Shown: positions 24,609 to 37,189 of the stretch, one piece after another
How positions within the stretch are numbered: the first letter of the stretch is position 1
How the letters are laid out: each line of letters opens with the position of its first letter
NCBI RefSeq assembly: GCF_963921235.1
Contig: NC_086099.1
Span: 174,468,001 to 174,532,000, forward strand
DNA length: 64,000 nucleotides
Origin: Mobula hypostoma
Lineage: Eukaryota
Reading direction: 5' to 3'
The notes under the pieces: model-generated
Told to the model about the DNA's origin: nothing
The model's input: the letters and a program-made list of their open reading frames with translations, nothing else
Databases searched by the model: none
Program-made: the position numbers and the translations under genes

Positions 24609-24819
24609 TTCTAGAGCCAAGTTCTACGGAGTTAACTGTGCTGTTTAATCTGGATACAATCCAATGATATCCTGCTGAAAGTTTTCCAGAGTCACTCATA
24701 TCTTTTCATAAAAATTGTTCAACACCAAACACCATTCTGAGTGAAGACTGATAAGAATGGTTTGCATTTCATCATGTTAGCAGGATAGCTTGAAGTTCAA
24801 CAAATTTGAAGTTCAAAAG

Positions 24820-26140
24820 ATCAGCAAATTTGTGGATGACACCAAGATTGGTTAAGAGTTGGTGGACAGTGAGGAAGGCAATCAAAGGTTGCCACGGGAC
24901 CTGGATCAGCTGGAAAAATTGGCTGATAAATGAAAGATGGAATTTAATGCAAAGAAGTGTGACATGGGTTGACAAACCAGGGTAGGTTTTACACAGTGAA
25001 TGGTAGGGCAATGAGCAGTGCGGTAGAACAGAGGGATCTCAGAATACAGGTACATAATTCCTTGAAAGTAGCTTCACAGGTAGATGGAGTTGTAAAGAGA
25101 GCTTTTGGTTCAGTGGTCTTCATAAATCAAAATATTGAGTGCGGGAATTGGGATGTTATGTTGAAGTTGTATAAGATGTTGGTGAGGCTTAATTTGGAGT
25201 ATCGTGTTCAGTTCTGGTCACCTACATACAGTAAAGATTTCAATAAGATTGAAAGAATGCAGAGAAAATTTATAAGAATGTTGCCGGGACCCAAGGATCT
25301 GTTTTACAGGGAAAGGTTGAATAGTTTAAGACTTTATTCCCTGGACTGTGGGACTGTCTGGTATTGGGGGTGGGGGGGGGGGCGGTGCTACCGCACAGGA
25401 CCAAAAAGAGCTGCAGAAGGTTCTAAATCTAGTCAGCTCCATCTTGGGCAATAGCCTACGAAGTACCCATCTTTAGGGAGCAATGTCTCAAAAAGGCAGC
25501 GTCCATTATTAAGGACCTCCAGCACCCAGGGCATGCCCTTTTCTCACTGTTACCATCAAGTAGGAGGTACAGAAGCCTGAAGGCACAAACTCAGCGATTC
25601 AGGAACAGCTTCTTCCCCTCTGCCATCTGATTCCTGAATGGACTTTGAAGCTTTGGACACTACCTTACTTTTTTAATATACAGTATTTTGTTTTTGCACA
25701 TTTTTTAATAATCTATTCAATATATGTAATTGATTTACTTGTTTATTTATTATTATGTTTTTTTTTCTCTCTCTGCTAGATTATGTATTGCATTGAACTG
25801 CTGCTGCTAAGTTAACAAGTTTCACGTCACATGCCGGTGATAATAAACCTGATTCTGATTCTGATTCTGAATAAGTGGAGATTTGATAGGGTTATACCAA
25901 ATTAGAAGAGGTATGGATAGGTTAAATACAAGCAGGCTTTTGCCACTGAGGTTGGATAAGACTAGAACTAGAAGTCATTGTTTAAGTGTGAAAGGTATAA
26001 TGTTTAAGGAGAACATGAGGAGGAACTCTTCACTCAGGGTGTTGAGAGGATGGAACGAGTTGCCCGTGCAAGTGGTGGACAGGAGTTTGACCACCATTTA
26101 AGGGAAATTTGGAGACGTATATGAATGGAAGGGGTATGGA
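24820..26140 (+). mobile_element. CR1 LINE 3' portion, interrupted by a Rex1/Babar-type 3' fragment (~25345-25870, (GATTCT)n tail)
   Basis: LEYRVQFWSP..ERMQRKFIRMLPG; the nested piece ends aataaacctgattctgattctgattctga. Confidence 0.8.
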
Positions 26141-26345
26141 GCGCTCAGCAGATTAGCCAGTGTTGTGGATAGCAAAACTGAGTTCTGATGAAAAGTCATC
26201 AACCAAATTTTCATTGTTTCTTGTTTTACAGTTGCCACTGTTTCCAATTCCTTTTATGTGCATTTTTATTGCATCAAGCATTTGATTTACTTTTGCAAAA
26301 ATGTCAGCTTTTTTGCTGAAATGACTCACACAAAACTGTTATTAC

Positions 26346-26873
26346 CTCTTGAATTATTGAGTACATCCAGCGCCACCTCACCGAGTATCTGGTTGGTATG
26401 ATGTACGTGTAGAGAACATGTAGAAAAGCATAGGCAAGGGCCACAAGGCCAAGCTGCTTTCGGCACAGCATCCATCTGTCAAGCCAGTCAGGGAACCTCT
26501 TATACTTGGTCCCTCTGTACAGCTGAAGAAATGCAGCAATCACCCCTGGAAGGTAAACCAGGCTAAACAGAATGAGAGAGACATTTGGGAAGACACGATT
26601 AGGAACTGAAATTGCCAATTTGTAGGAAACGTCGATATTTTTTGTAACAAATGGATGGATCACATCAATCAACACAGTATAAAAGAAGAAGAAGACCGTG
26701 AGACTGAATGCTATAATAAGTGGTAGTCTCCACATTGGGAAGAGCTGTAGTGGGTAGTTCTCTATTTCTTTAGCTGCTAGAAGAGATCCCTTGTCTAAAG
26801 GAGTGAGGCCTAGACTCCTGGCAACATCCATCACCTGCTGTTTGGATATAGTGTCGTCGCCACAGACGAAGAC
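26346..26873 (-). CDS. STEAP4: STEAP4 second coding exon (aa 150-325, transmembrane ferric reductase domain, heme ligand His301)
   Basis: VFVCGDD...[18 protein letters not shown]...[41 protein letters not shown]. Acceptor TTTCAG|GTC, donor GAG|GTAAT; 528 nt, phase 0. Confidence 0.97.
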
Positions 26874-27036
26874 CTGAAACAAAACACATTTGTTTTTACA
26901 ATTGGTGAAATTGTGGAAGTTCAAAGTTTCAGCATAATTAAATAAGGCTGTCATGAAACAAAGTTAGCTGGCTCATATTATTATACTTGTTCTTCACCAA
27001 GAAAAAATTCTTCACAGGAGACGTATGTGATCTTAC

Positions 27037-27483
27037 CTGACTGCTGGCATCCAGGCTGCCTGACTGAAGGGCCCAGGCTGAAACTGTGTTAAATCCCTTC
27101 ACCACAATAGCTTTGGGGACCAGCTGAGAAAGATACTGCGCATTGGACTCAGGATATTGATTCATTTTGAGGTTGTTGCTCACATCCACCAGTATTTTTC
27201 CATCTAGTAAATTGGACAGAGCTGGGAGGAAATCATAGTTCTCTCTGTGAACTGCAAGGAAAATCAACTTGCATTTTTTCAGGGCATCAGCGTGGGTACA
27301 GACTTGAGCCCCACTTGGTACAAGGGTGGAATTCTGTGGGTTTCGACTGCCATATATCACTGGGTACCCTGACATGAGCAGCCTCATACCCAAAGATCGG
27401 CCAAAGTCCCCAGTGCCAAAAATGCAGATTGCCTCCCGCTTATGGTTATTGCCACCACCTGCAGTTATTTCAGATATCTCCAT
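27037..27483 (-). CDS. STEAP4: STEAP4 metalloreductase, first coding exon (NADPH-binding FNO-like oxidoreductase domain, aa 1-149)
   Basis: MEISEI...[12 protein letters not shown] (Rossmann GxGxxG), [33 protein letters not shown]. Acceptor TTTTTTCCAG lies immediately before the ATG; donor CAG|GTAAGA at 27037; 447 nt, phase 0. Confidence 0.97.
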
Positions 27484-29733
27484 CTGGAAAAAATATAGAA
27501 AAGTAATAATTATTGAATAATATCAATACATAACCTAATTTACTTTTACATTTTTTTTGTAGTTAGCTTGGAAATGGTTGTCATAGATTGGGAAAGGACA
27601 AAGTAGCAATTTGCATTGCAAATCTCCACAGATACAGTATTTTTTAACATATCATAAATGTTCTAAAATTACATTTATCTTCCTCTTCCATGATGTCCCT
27701 CTGTTTACAGTATGTTCTTTCCTTTGCCCCAGTTTGGAAAAGGATATTGTCAGATGTTATTTTAATTGTAAATATAATAAGTTGAGTAATAACAATAAAT
27801 TGAGTAATAATCTCAAATAAATCAGTGCCTAAATTCTGCCTTTGATATTATAGGCATTATTATTAATATTAGTACTATCCTACAGATCAGTACTGACCAA
27901 AGAAGAAAAGCAAGCCATGATATTTGGATGGTTAAATGACAAAGGCTATTGAGGAGAAAGAAATAAACTTAACAACAAGGGCTGGTAATACCCAAGGTCT
28001 CCAGAATGTTAGAAGTTTCAATGATGATTTGACTCCAATAATCCATGATTCAATTAGTTAGGTATCAAAGTTGTTCAGCATTTAGTCCCTGGAAGATATA
28101 TTATAATGCCATGAAACATCTAAAAAAAAGTGAATTAAATGTGCATTTCTGTATTAATAGAAGTAACATCTAATAGTCTGGAAAGTGTGACTGTCTGGCA
28201 CCACCAAATAACTGAGCTTTCTGGATTAGTGGAGTTTTACTGCATTGGAAAAGTCCCCATCATTGTTCAATTAGAGTTTATATATCATCTTTTTGAGTTT
28301 TTTCACAACCCTAGGGTATCTCAAAGAATTTCCGAGTGGAAGGAGAACATGGCGTCCTAACATTTGTAATGCTAATGGGTCTACTAGATGTGCACAGTTA
28401 CCTGTGCAGTGCACACTCTCTATGCAAAGACATCATGTGCTAAGGCATAGGAAGGTGATTCAGAGGCCTGGATTTAGAAGCTGTGGACTGCAGGAGGGCT
28501 GCTACCTCTTTGCTTCCTACCATTTGTACTAACATTTTACAATGAACCCTGCAGTTCAAAGGGTTCACACTTCATTGACCATCCTCCTGACTGCAGTCAC
28601 AACAAACACACTGTACAAGGAAAGACCAGAATCTAGAGTAAGGTGCGGGATTGAAGCAAAGCAAATGGTACTTTCTAGCTATGCCTTCACCCACGGCATA
28701 ACTGGGGAAGGCAGTTTCATAAGTTTTGCAATGCTGGGGCTTCAAAATATATTCAAGAATATGCCTTCCACATAATTTTGAGCTCCTCTCCCTCTTTGCA
28801 ATGTTGGCCCTGTCTCTCATCCTGTTGTTTGTCATATTAATCTCATAACTCAGGTCTTACAAAACAGCTGTATTGACATCATTGGCAAGATCACTTAATA
28901 AAGACAATGCAGATTTCATATTTATCTATTTATTCCATTTATATCAGTGTATTGTGTACAACATGCTACTGTATTTTTTACATTTAGTGACACTTTTATT
29001 GTGTATAAGTACTTAGGGGCTGTAAAAAACTACATAAAAATGCAATTTTTTTTCTCCTCCATTGTATACACGCTAAATTGAAGAACACATGAGAAAGGAA
29101 ATAGATTAGTGTAATGCAACAGAGAAAGGGCCCCCGTCTGCAGTAAGACTTACTCTTGTGTAAGATACTATTGGTGGGCTTCCTTGGAGCAGAATAAAGT
29201 GAAAGCATGTGAGTAATTCCAGCTACGGGCATTGCAAACAGACTCCAATGATCGAACGTAATACTGGTTAAAATAAAACTTTCATAACAAGTTCTGCACA
29301 GCGTTATTTCTACTTTTCCTCTCAAATACTGTTGGTGTACAGTTGACTTTGATCTACATACAGCATATTAACAGGATCCTGCTTTCTTTAGACTAGCAGA
29401 TCCACAGTAAAACCGCAAGATGCAGGCACAAAAGAAAATGCCAAGTACTTTTCTGTAGTGTCTGTACGATTAATATCCTGTTTCATCCGGATGAAAGTAT
29501 TTAAGATTATGCTTTCCTCTATATCTGTACAAATGAGATCGCTATTTTCTTAAACAAGTACTCATAGGCTGCTGCAATCATTTACTATTTTATTGTAAAA
29601 TTAATTGACAATTTATAAGTTACACTTGCTATATGTACTATTTCATGATTATGGCATTGAATATTAATATACAAAGCATGACAATATAGATATTTAAAAT
29701 AAAGGCAGGTAGGTAATACCTATGTTTAGTTAC

Positions 29734-29855
29734 CTTTTTTATCTGCAGTGTTTTAAAAGTGGTCCGGTTCAACACAAAATAAAATCCGATAGAGCAGAAA
29801 TTGTCAACAACTAGTAAGAAACTTGGATCCTTTGCCTTCTCTGCAAGATCATCTG
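29734..29855 (-). other. STEAP4: Candidate non-coding exon 1 (5'UTR) of STEAP4; 5' end approximate
   Basis: Donor AAAG|GTAACT at 29734. TATA-like TATTTAAA ~30 nt upstream (29889-29882). Splicing to 27483 gives AAG-ATG-G (strong Kozak). An upstream exon must exist because the ATG directly follows an acceptor. Confidence 0.55.
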
Positions 29856-29879
29856 GCAAATTTTTTTTATTCCTTTTAG

Positions 29880-30061
29880 TCTTTAAATAGTTGTTTGTGT
29901 AATTCCAGCTGGCAATTTGTTTTAAGTTTTATTTCCAATTGGCTGCTTAGTACAGTGTTAATCACAATCAGATTTCTCAAGGATTATGGGGAAATTCCAC
30001 TAGTTGTTATAATGACGTTAACTGTTACTTCCTGTAAATATGTACCAGGGAGTTATGTAAT
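29880..30061 (-). promoter_or_regulatory. Candidate STEAP4 promoter with NF-kB, CRE-like, ETS/STAT, forkhead and C/EBP/PAR-bZIP motifs
   Basis: GGGAAATTCC 29989-29998; TGACGTTA 30013-30020; ACTTCCTG/TTCCTGTAA 30027-30037; GTAAATA 30034-30040; TTATGTAA 30053-30060; ATTTCTCAA ~29972-29980; CCAAT ~29935; TATA-like at 29882-29889. Confidence 0.55.
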
Positions 30062-30274
30062 ATGATTCCTCTAGTATACTCATCTATCTTCTGCAAGCAC
30101 AGAGTTCTCTGCCAGCTCACAGCAGGATGTGTAATGCACTGTTGAAGAATTACGTACCAAGTGATGAAGAATGTTATGAACCATTCTAACTGACAGCAGC
30201 ACACATAATTTGAAAATCATTTAAGTTTTTGCCTGCTTTACGATGAAAGCAGCAACAAAGCCACACTATATCAA

Positions 30275-30560
30275 ATCTGTAACTCTGATCAACTTTTATA
30301 AGTGTGTGATGGAGAGTATATCAACTGACTGCATCACAGCCTGGTATGGAAACACCATTGTCCTTGAATAGAAAATCCTACAAAAAGTAGTGGGCACAGC
30401 CTAGTCCATTGCAGTTAAAGCCCTCCTCACCACTGAGCACATCTACATGGAGCATTGTTGCAGGAAAGCAGCATCAATCATCAGGGACCTGCACTTCCCA
30501 CGTCATGTTTTCTTCTCTCTGCTGCCATCAAGAAGAAGGCACAGAAGCCTCAGGACTCAC
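30275..30560 (+). mobile_element. Rex1/Babar-type LINE 3' fragment
   Basis: NFYKCVMESI.T.CITAWYG..CCRKAASIIRD.H.P.H..FSLLPS.RR.RS. Confidence 0.75.
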
Positions 30561-32733
30561 ATGAATACCTATGAATACAGCCAAATAAAACAGTGTTGCT
30601 CCTGGGCCGGGGTGAAAAACACAGTACCAGCAGACATATACAGCACAACGCACATATAGCACATATAAGATAGCAAGCATGTATATGATAGCAAGCACAT
30701 ATAAGATAGCAGTCACACAAAAAACTATAGTCAACATTCCTGAGTCCATGAATGTTGCAGCAGTCTGTAGTTGAACACAATACAGCTTGTCTTCTGCCGA
30801 GCGAACACTGGAGGGCAGCACTGACTCCAGCAACATAGTTTTTGCCTCACAACAAGAATATCCTGATATATCGATTGTTTCTGTGGGACAAAAACAATCC
30901 AGCTTATTTTTGTCCCACAGGACTCATTTCTTCCCATTCTAGCTCTATTCTTTCTTATCATCATCCAATCTCCTTCAACTTACATCCAAAACACCTGTGG
31001 TGCCTCATTAACAGGTTTCATATTCCTGGCTCCAACTGACTCATTTTCACCATGGATGTCCAATCCCTCTTTATTTCCATCCCACAACAGGATGGCTGAG
31101 AGCCTATGATACTTTGAATAAAAGCATGCAAAGAGGGTCCTGGTGGAGAGGCCTGACCAGTGCTTCTCCACCAGAACACTCCTTCACCCGGCTTTATTTG
31201 TTCTTACGCAGAACAACCTCTGCTTTAGTTCCATTCACTTTCGCCAAATAAAAGGTAGAACTATGGGACAACTGGGGTGAAGCTATCCTTAACTCTGTGG
31301 TACACAAAGTTGCTTCAGTTCTGATTAAACCCTCCCTCCTCTCTATTTCCAATATATTGGCTATTGTATCAGCACTATTTCTTCCTTTTGAGCAAACCAA
31401 AAGTTTCACTGTCTTTCAAGATTGCTCTCCATTTGAAATTATTCCCTTCCCTTTCTTGACATTTCCATACCAGAGGATAGGTTAGTGAACCATAACCTCA
31501 TGAAATCCCACAACTAATTTAACTAACCCTAGCCCACCGCATTCCTGAGAAGACCCAGTTCCATTGCCCTATTTTTCTCGCTCAGTCATGTCTACTTTGA
31601 TAACTATACAACAGCAGAGTTTCTGAGATATTATCCTTTCTCCTCAACTATGAATCATGGTACAGCACAGCACGGGCCCTTCAGACCACAACGTTGTGCC
31701 AATGTATATAAACCTACTCCATGATCAGTCTAACCTGTCTTTCCTATACAGCCTATAATCCTCGATTTTTCTTCCATCTATATGCCTATCTGAGTCTCTT
31801 AAATGTCCCTATTGTAGCAGCCTCTATCACAACCCCTAGTAGTACATTCCAGGTACTTACTACTCTCTGTATAAAAACCTACCTCTGACATCTTCCCTTA
31901 AATGTATATCCTTTGGTACTGGCCATCACTGGCCTGGGAAAAAGTCACTGTCTGTTCACTTTGTCTCCACCATCAGGCCCATAGCCTTGCAGATTATGGC
32001 CCTTCAAATAGTTAAGTGTGATATGGATTTCTGCTTCTATCACTGTTAGGCAGTAAATTAGAGACTTCCAGGCTCCTCTGGGTAAAATAGATCTTCCTTT
32101 AAGCCTACAATTATTTAAAACTATTGATGTCTGCAAAATCTTCACATTTCACTGGCAAGATCAATGTTAACACACCGATGTCAATACTCCCTTCCAGGCC
32201 ACCATCCTTTAGCTCAGTTGGTTCCAATGCCAGGCAATTCATGCTATTTTCTATCATAGCAAAAGGTTTGCCAGAAGGACTGAGGAAACTACTTAAGTAT
32301 GTTTTCAAATCTTTCTTGAAAAGGTACGACAGTCCAACTAAGCCCCCCAGGAATAACTGGTCCAAGAATTCTAAACAGGAAATATGAGTAAAACTTCTTA
32401 AGGATATAAAAGATCATGCTAAAAACTAAGTACATTAAGAGGATTAGTGTGGGCAAGTGAACACAGATCACTTGAAAAGACACCGATGGTAATAAAGCTG
32501 GAAGTAAGAAAATAGTTAAATAATTCACGATATAATTTTAAATAATTTGGAGGAAGAAAATAAATTGTCAAGATGCAACTTAAAATAAAATAAATTAAGA
32601 GGAGAATTGTACTGCAATTTATCAGCTTAAAATACATGAGTCAGAGGTACTCCTGACAAACTCAAGAATTTGATTGTTTGTGTACCCAGAGGATTAAAGA
32701 AACAACAGAAATAAATTATAAATGCTTATGATA

Positions 32734-33354
32734 TGATTAAGAAGACACGCAGTCCTCTTTTATTGTCATTTAGTAATTAAGAAATTACTAAATTTAGCAT
32801 TAAGAAATGATACAAAATTTCCTCCGGTGTGATATCACAAAACACAGGTCAGACCAAGACTGAAAAAACTAACAAACCCACGTAATTATAACACATAGTT
32901 ACAACAGTGCAACAATACCATAACTTGATGAAGAACAGTCCATGAGTAAAGTCTCTCAAATGTCCCACATCTCATGCAGACGGGAGAAGGAAGAAAAACT
33001 CTCCCTGCCATGCCCGACCACAGTCCGACTCTGAGTCGTCCGAAAACTTCGAGCCTCCGATCAGCTCTCCGACACCGAGTACCAAGCAACATCTCTATCC
33101 AAACAATTTGACCTCAATCTCGGTTGCCAACAGCAGGCAAAGCCGGGGATTTTGAGGCCTTCCCTCCAGAAGATTCTCGATCGCGCAGTAACAACAGCAG
33201 CGAACTTGTGTTTCAGAAATTTCTCCAGGTGTTCCTCTGTGCTTTCACGTCTGTCTCCACCAAATCGGAATTGTTCACAGCCCCTATTTAATGGATATGA
33301 TATCATTTTCACTGGAGGGCTGTGCACGCGCGGCGCGCTGCTATCTCTCCTCCC
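32734..33354 (-). mobile_element. Non-autonomous retroelement (copy 2, same family as 8881-9549)
   Basis: Colinear similarity over ~620 bp with copy 1. Confidence 0.7.
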
Positions 33355-34139
33355 GCCAAAGCTTACAAAATTCGTTTGAATCTACAATTGTCCCTTTCTA
33401 CTGTGTACTACTGCATTATTTAAGAATTCAAATTTTTCAAAAAGATATTAATGGATTTTTGTTAACTGATTTTAACAGATTTCAATAAAAAAGACGGAAT
33501 TGAGATACAGATCAGCCGTGATAGAATTACGTACAGTAAAAGACTCAAGAGTTAAAAAGAGCTATTATTTTGTTCGTTAGTATATACATTGATGGTGAGT
33601 TTTCTTTCTCTTACATTTGCTCACATTCATATTCACTTTGAATAATACAGTCTTTAGAATTAAACACCTGAAACCTTTTTAAAGATAAGCAACCTTTTCA
33701 TTTGAAAGCTTCTCGTAAATCTTTGTAATATCAATATGAACATAGTATTGTCATACATACATTACACTATATCATTTAAAACATTAATACTCTGTCTCTT
33801 TTTTCTTTGAGCAGCTGAGGCTTTTTATTTTTTTCCAATGACATTATCAGTTTTTGATCTAAGCAAAGAATATATTACAAATTACGAAGTTTTACATTTA
33901 CTATTAAATGTTTGAAAAACTGATGAACATTACTTGTAAAAAAGATGAACTTACCCTTATTCAACATCTTACCTCCTCAAAGAATTCCAATAAATTTTCA
34001 GAGCATGACTAATTGCTTCTTTAACGATGGTGTCTACATTTACAAAGCCTGTGGTATTTATTGCCTTCCAAGTCAAAATGATATGAACATTTAATTCCAT
34101 TCTAGGCTCACTCATCTATGGAGTTACTTGTTCATACCG

Positions 34140-35147
34140 TAGAAACATAGAAACATAGAAAGCAGGTGCAGGACTAGGCCATTCAGCCCTTCGAGCCTGC
34201 ACCGCCATTCATTACGATCATGGCTGATCATCCAACTCAGAACCCTATACCTGCCTTCTCTCCATACCCGCTGATCCCTTTAGCCACAAGGGCCTTATCT
34301 AACTCCCTCTTAAATATAGCCAATGAACTGGCCTCAACTGTTTCCTGTGGCAGAGAATTCCACAGATTCACCACTCTCTGTGTGAAGAAGTTTTTCCTCA
34401 TCTCGGTCCTAAAAGGCTTCCCCTTTATCCTCAAACTGTGACCCTTCGTTCTGGACTTCCCCAACATCGGGAACAATCTTCCTGCGTCTAGCCTGTCCAA
34501 TCCCTTTAGAGTTTTATACATTTCAATCAGATCCCCCCTCAATCTTCTAAATTCCAGAGAGTATAAGCCTAGTCGATCCAGTCTTTCATCATATGAAAGT
34601 CCTGCCATCCCAGGAATCAATCTGGTGAACCTTCTTTGTACCCCCTCTGTGGCAAGAATGTCTTTCCTCAGATTAGGGGACCAAAACTGCACACAATACT
34701 CTAGGTGTGGTCTCACCAAGGCCTTGTACAACTGCAGTAGTACCCCCCTGCTCCTATACTCGAATCCTCTTGCTATAAATGCCAGCATACCATTCGCCTT
34801 TTTCACCGCCTACTGTACCTGCATGCTCACTTTCAACGACTGGTGTACAATGACACCCAGGTCTCGTTGCACATCCCCTTTTCCTCATCGGCCACCATTC
34901 AGATAATAATCTGTTTTCCTGTTTTTGCCACCAAAATGGATAACCTCACATTTATCCACATTAAATTGCATCTGCCGTGAATTTGCCCACTCACCTAACC
35001 AATCCAAGTCACCCTGCATCCTCTTAGCATCCTCCTCACAGCTACCACTGCTGCCCAGCTTCGTGTCATCCACAAACTTGGAGATGCTGCATTTAATTCC
35101 CTCGTCTAAGTTATTAATACATATTGTAAATAACTGGGGTCCCAGCA
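34140..35147 (-). mobile_element. Relatively young, 5'-truncated CR1 LINE
   Basis: LGPQLFTICINNLDEG..KFVDDTK and an uninterrupted 189-aa ORF2 C-terminus; (AGAAACAT)n tail. Confidence 0.93.
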
Positions 35148-36087
35148 ATGAGCACTGTACTTGGGAATTATTTGTTCAGTAGATTTAACATCAACAACCT
35201 GAGAAACATTAACCAAAACTTTGTTGGTTTCTTTAATTCATTGAGATTTATGAAGTCCATCTTTTCAGTTTCTGAATTACACAATCCTTACTTCATTCTG
35301 AATTCATTGTTTTGATTCCATTTACTCTAACTGGAATTATTCTGCAACACTTTGACCAGAATGCTTCAGTAAAAAAATATCAAGGTCTTCATCAACAGTT
35401 ACTGAACTTATATTTTAATTTAAATAATTGTCATTTGAACTTCCTTCTATCACTGAACATTGAAAATTACCCTGGGTTCTCCTGGTAGCCTTACTTATGC
35501 ATTTTGTTTTCTTATCAATAAGTCAGTTTTCTTGATATAATTTATGATCCCCCTGATACTTTGATATGCACAGACAAGCAGATAAATAGAAAGCAGTGGG
35601 GGAATGTAACAAAATTATTTTAAAATTCATTATGTGTTCTTTTCTGATTCAGCTCAGAGTGTTTGCAAATAAAGGAGACACTGCACATATACGCAAGGCC
35701 ACACGAATTAGCACCGAACGAAAAACAGAAGTCTATAGTAGTAGCAGTACAGAAATCAAAATAATACTTATTATTCACCAAACAAGCTAATCTCTGCAAT
35801 GTTCGAAGGGGACCACAAATCCAAAAATCTTACATAGTGCCTACCTTCTCTCTCTCTCTCTAACTCTGGGTCAACCTATTCTAACTTTCTTGATGAACTT
35901 GTCCCTATCTCCTTAGCACTAGCACTGGTTGTGACCTAGCCTAAGACCAAAACTCTGCCTCTACACAAAGAAAATGGGCCCTTTCATACCTTTCAAAACC
36001 CCTAAAAGTAGTACTTTTCCATCCCTACTGTTGTAGCACAAACAAAATCTATGGAGAGACACTGAAGCTAGTGGGTACAGACAATCT

Positions 36088-36300
36088 CACATAATGCTGG
36101 AGGAACTCAGCAGGCCAGGGAGCATCAATTGAAAAGAGTAAACAGTCGACATTTCAGGCTGAGAACCTTCAACCTGATGAAGGGTCTTGGCCCGAAATGT
36201 CAACAGTTTACTCTTTTCAATTGATGCTGCCAGGCCTGCTGAGTTCCCCCAGCTTTATGTGTGTATTGCTTGGATTTCCAACATCTGCAGGTTTTCTCAT
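36088..36300. mobile_element. Two head-to-head Penelope-like pLTR ends forming a ~174-bp palindrome
   Basis: Arms 36088-36171 and 36178-36261 are reverse complements; hammerhead-like motif at the centre. Confidence 0.8.
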
Positions 36301-37189
36301 CTCTGGTGGATGCAGAAGTGTTTTATTCAAAAGAATGAGACACTCTTGCAGAAGAGGCCTCTTTGAACAAATGTTACATGACATTTTATATGCTAAAGAT
36401 CAAAGACAATTCCATAGTTACAATGAATCCACAATGCTTTCTTTGAATCATATATAATTTTCACATCTCCTTCTTTGCACCACATTCCAGACATCCACAA
36501 TAAATGTTAATCAGCATTGTCTAGTTTTCAGTTAACTGGTGTCCACAGCTCCAGGAAACTATTGCCCAGGGCTGCATTTTAAATTTAATCTACAATCCAT
36601 GTTCAGGTCTAAAGATTAGTTGCTGAAGTTAATATTTGCTCTATACCCTAACACTAGAATATGCCTAAACAGTACCCAGCTGCACCCACACCCTTATTTT
36701 TTATGAGCTTCAGCCCAGACAAACATGTTTTTCACCACTGTCCACTATTGTGGCAGCAGACTTGCACTTCCTCGACGTTCTCAAAACACTACCGTATACT
36801 GGTTCTCCTGTACTTTCTCAAAACCATCCCAGCCCAGGTTAACACCATTTTGTCTTACAGACTTTCATTTTATTTTAGCCTACACCAAGAAGTAATCATG
36901 TTTAACTCTTGACCTACAGAAGAAGAAAAGTGCTAAAATTCTTGAGGGAAGCAGATTCAAATATCTCCTTTATCAATAGCTGATTCAAAATCTGATTTAT
37001 TATCACTGACTTATTGTATATGATGTGAAATGTGTTGTGTTTCAGCAGCAGTATAGTGCAAAGACAGAAATATTACAAATTATAAAATGAAGGGATTTTT
37101 GTCAAAATGAAAATCTGTAGATCTTAAAATTTAGTGTGGAGTGTTTTAGCCATATGTAGTATATGCAGCCTAAATCCTGCAAGTTTAAA

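Noticed and set aside
26874-26954. ORF-track N-terminus MTALFNYAE.. of the 216-aa ORF (and the read-through C-termini of the 181-aa and 216-aa ORFs)
   Set aside because: Intronic read-through; STEAP4 homology begins and ends exactly at canonical splice sites.
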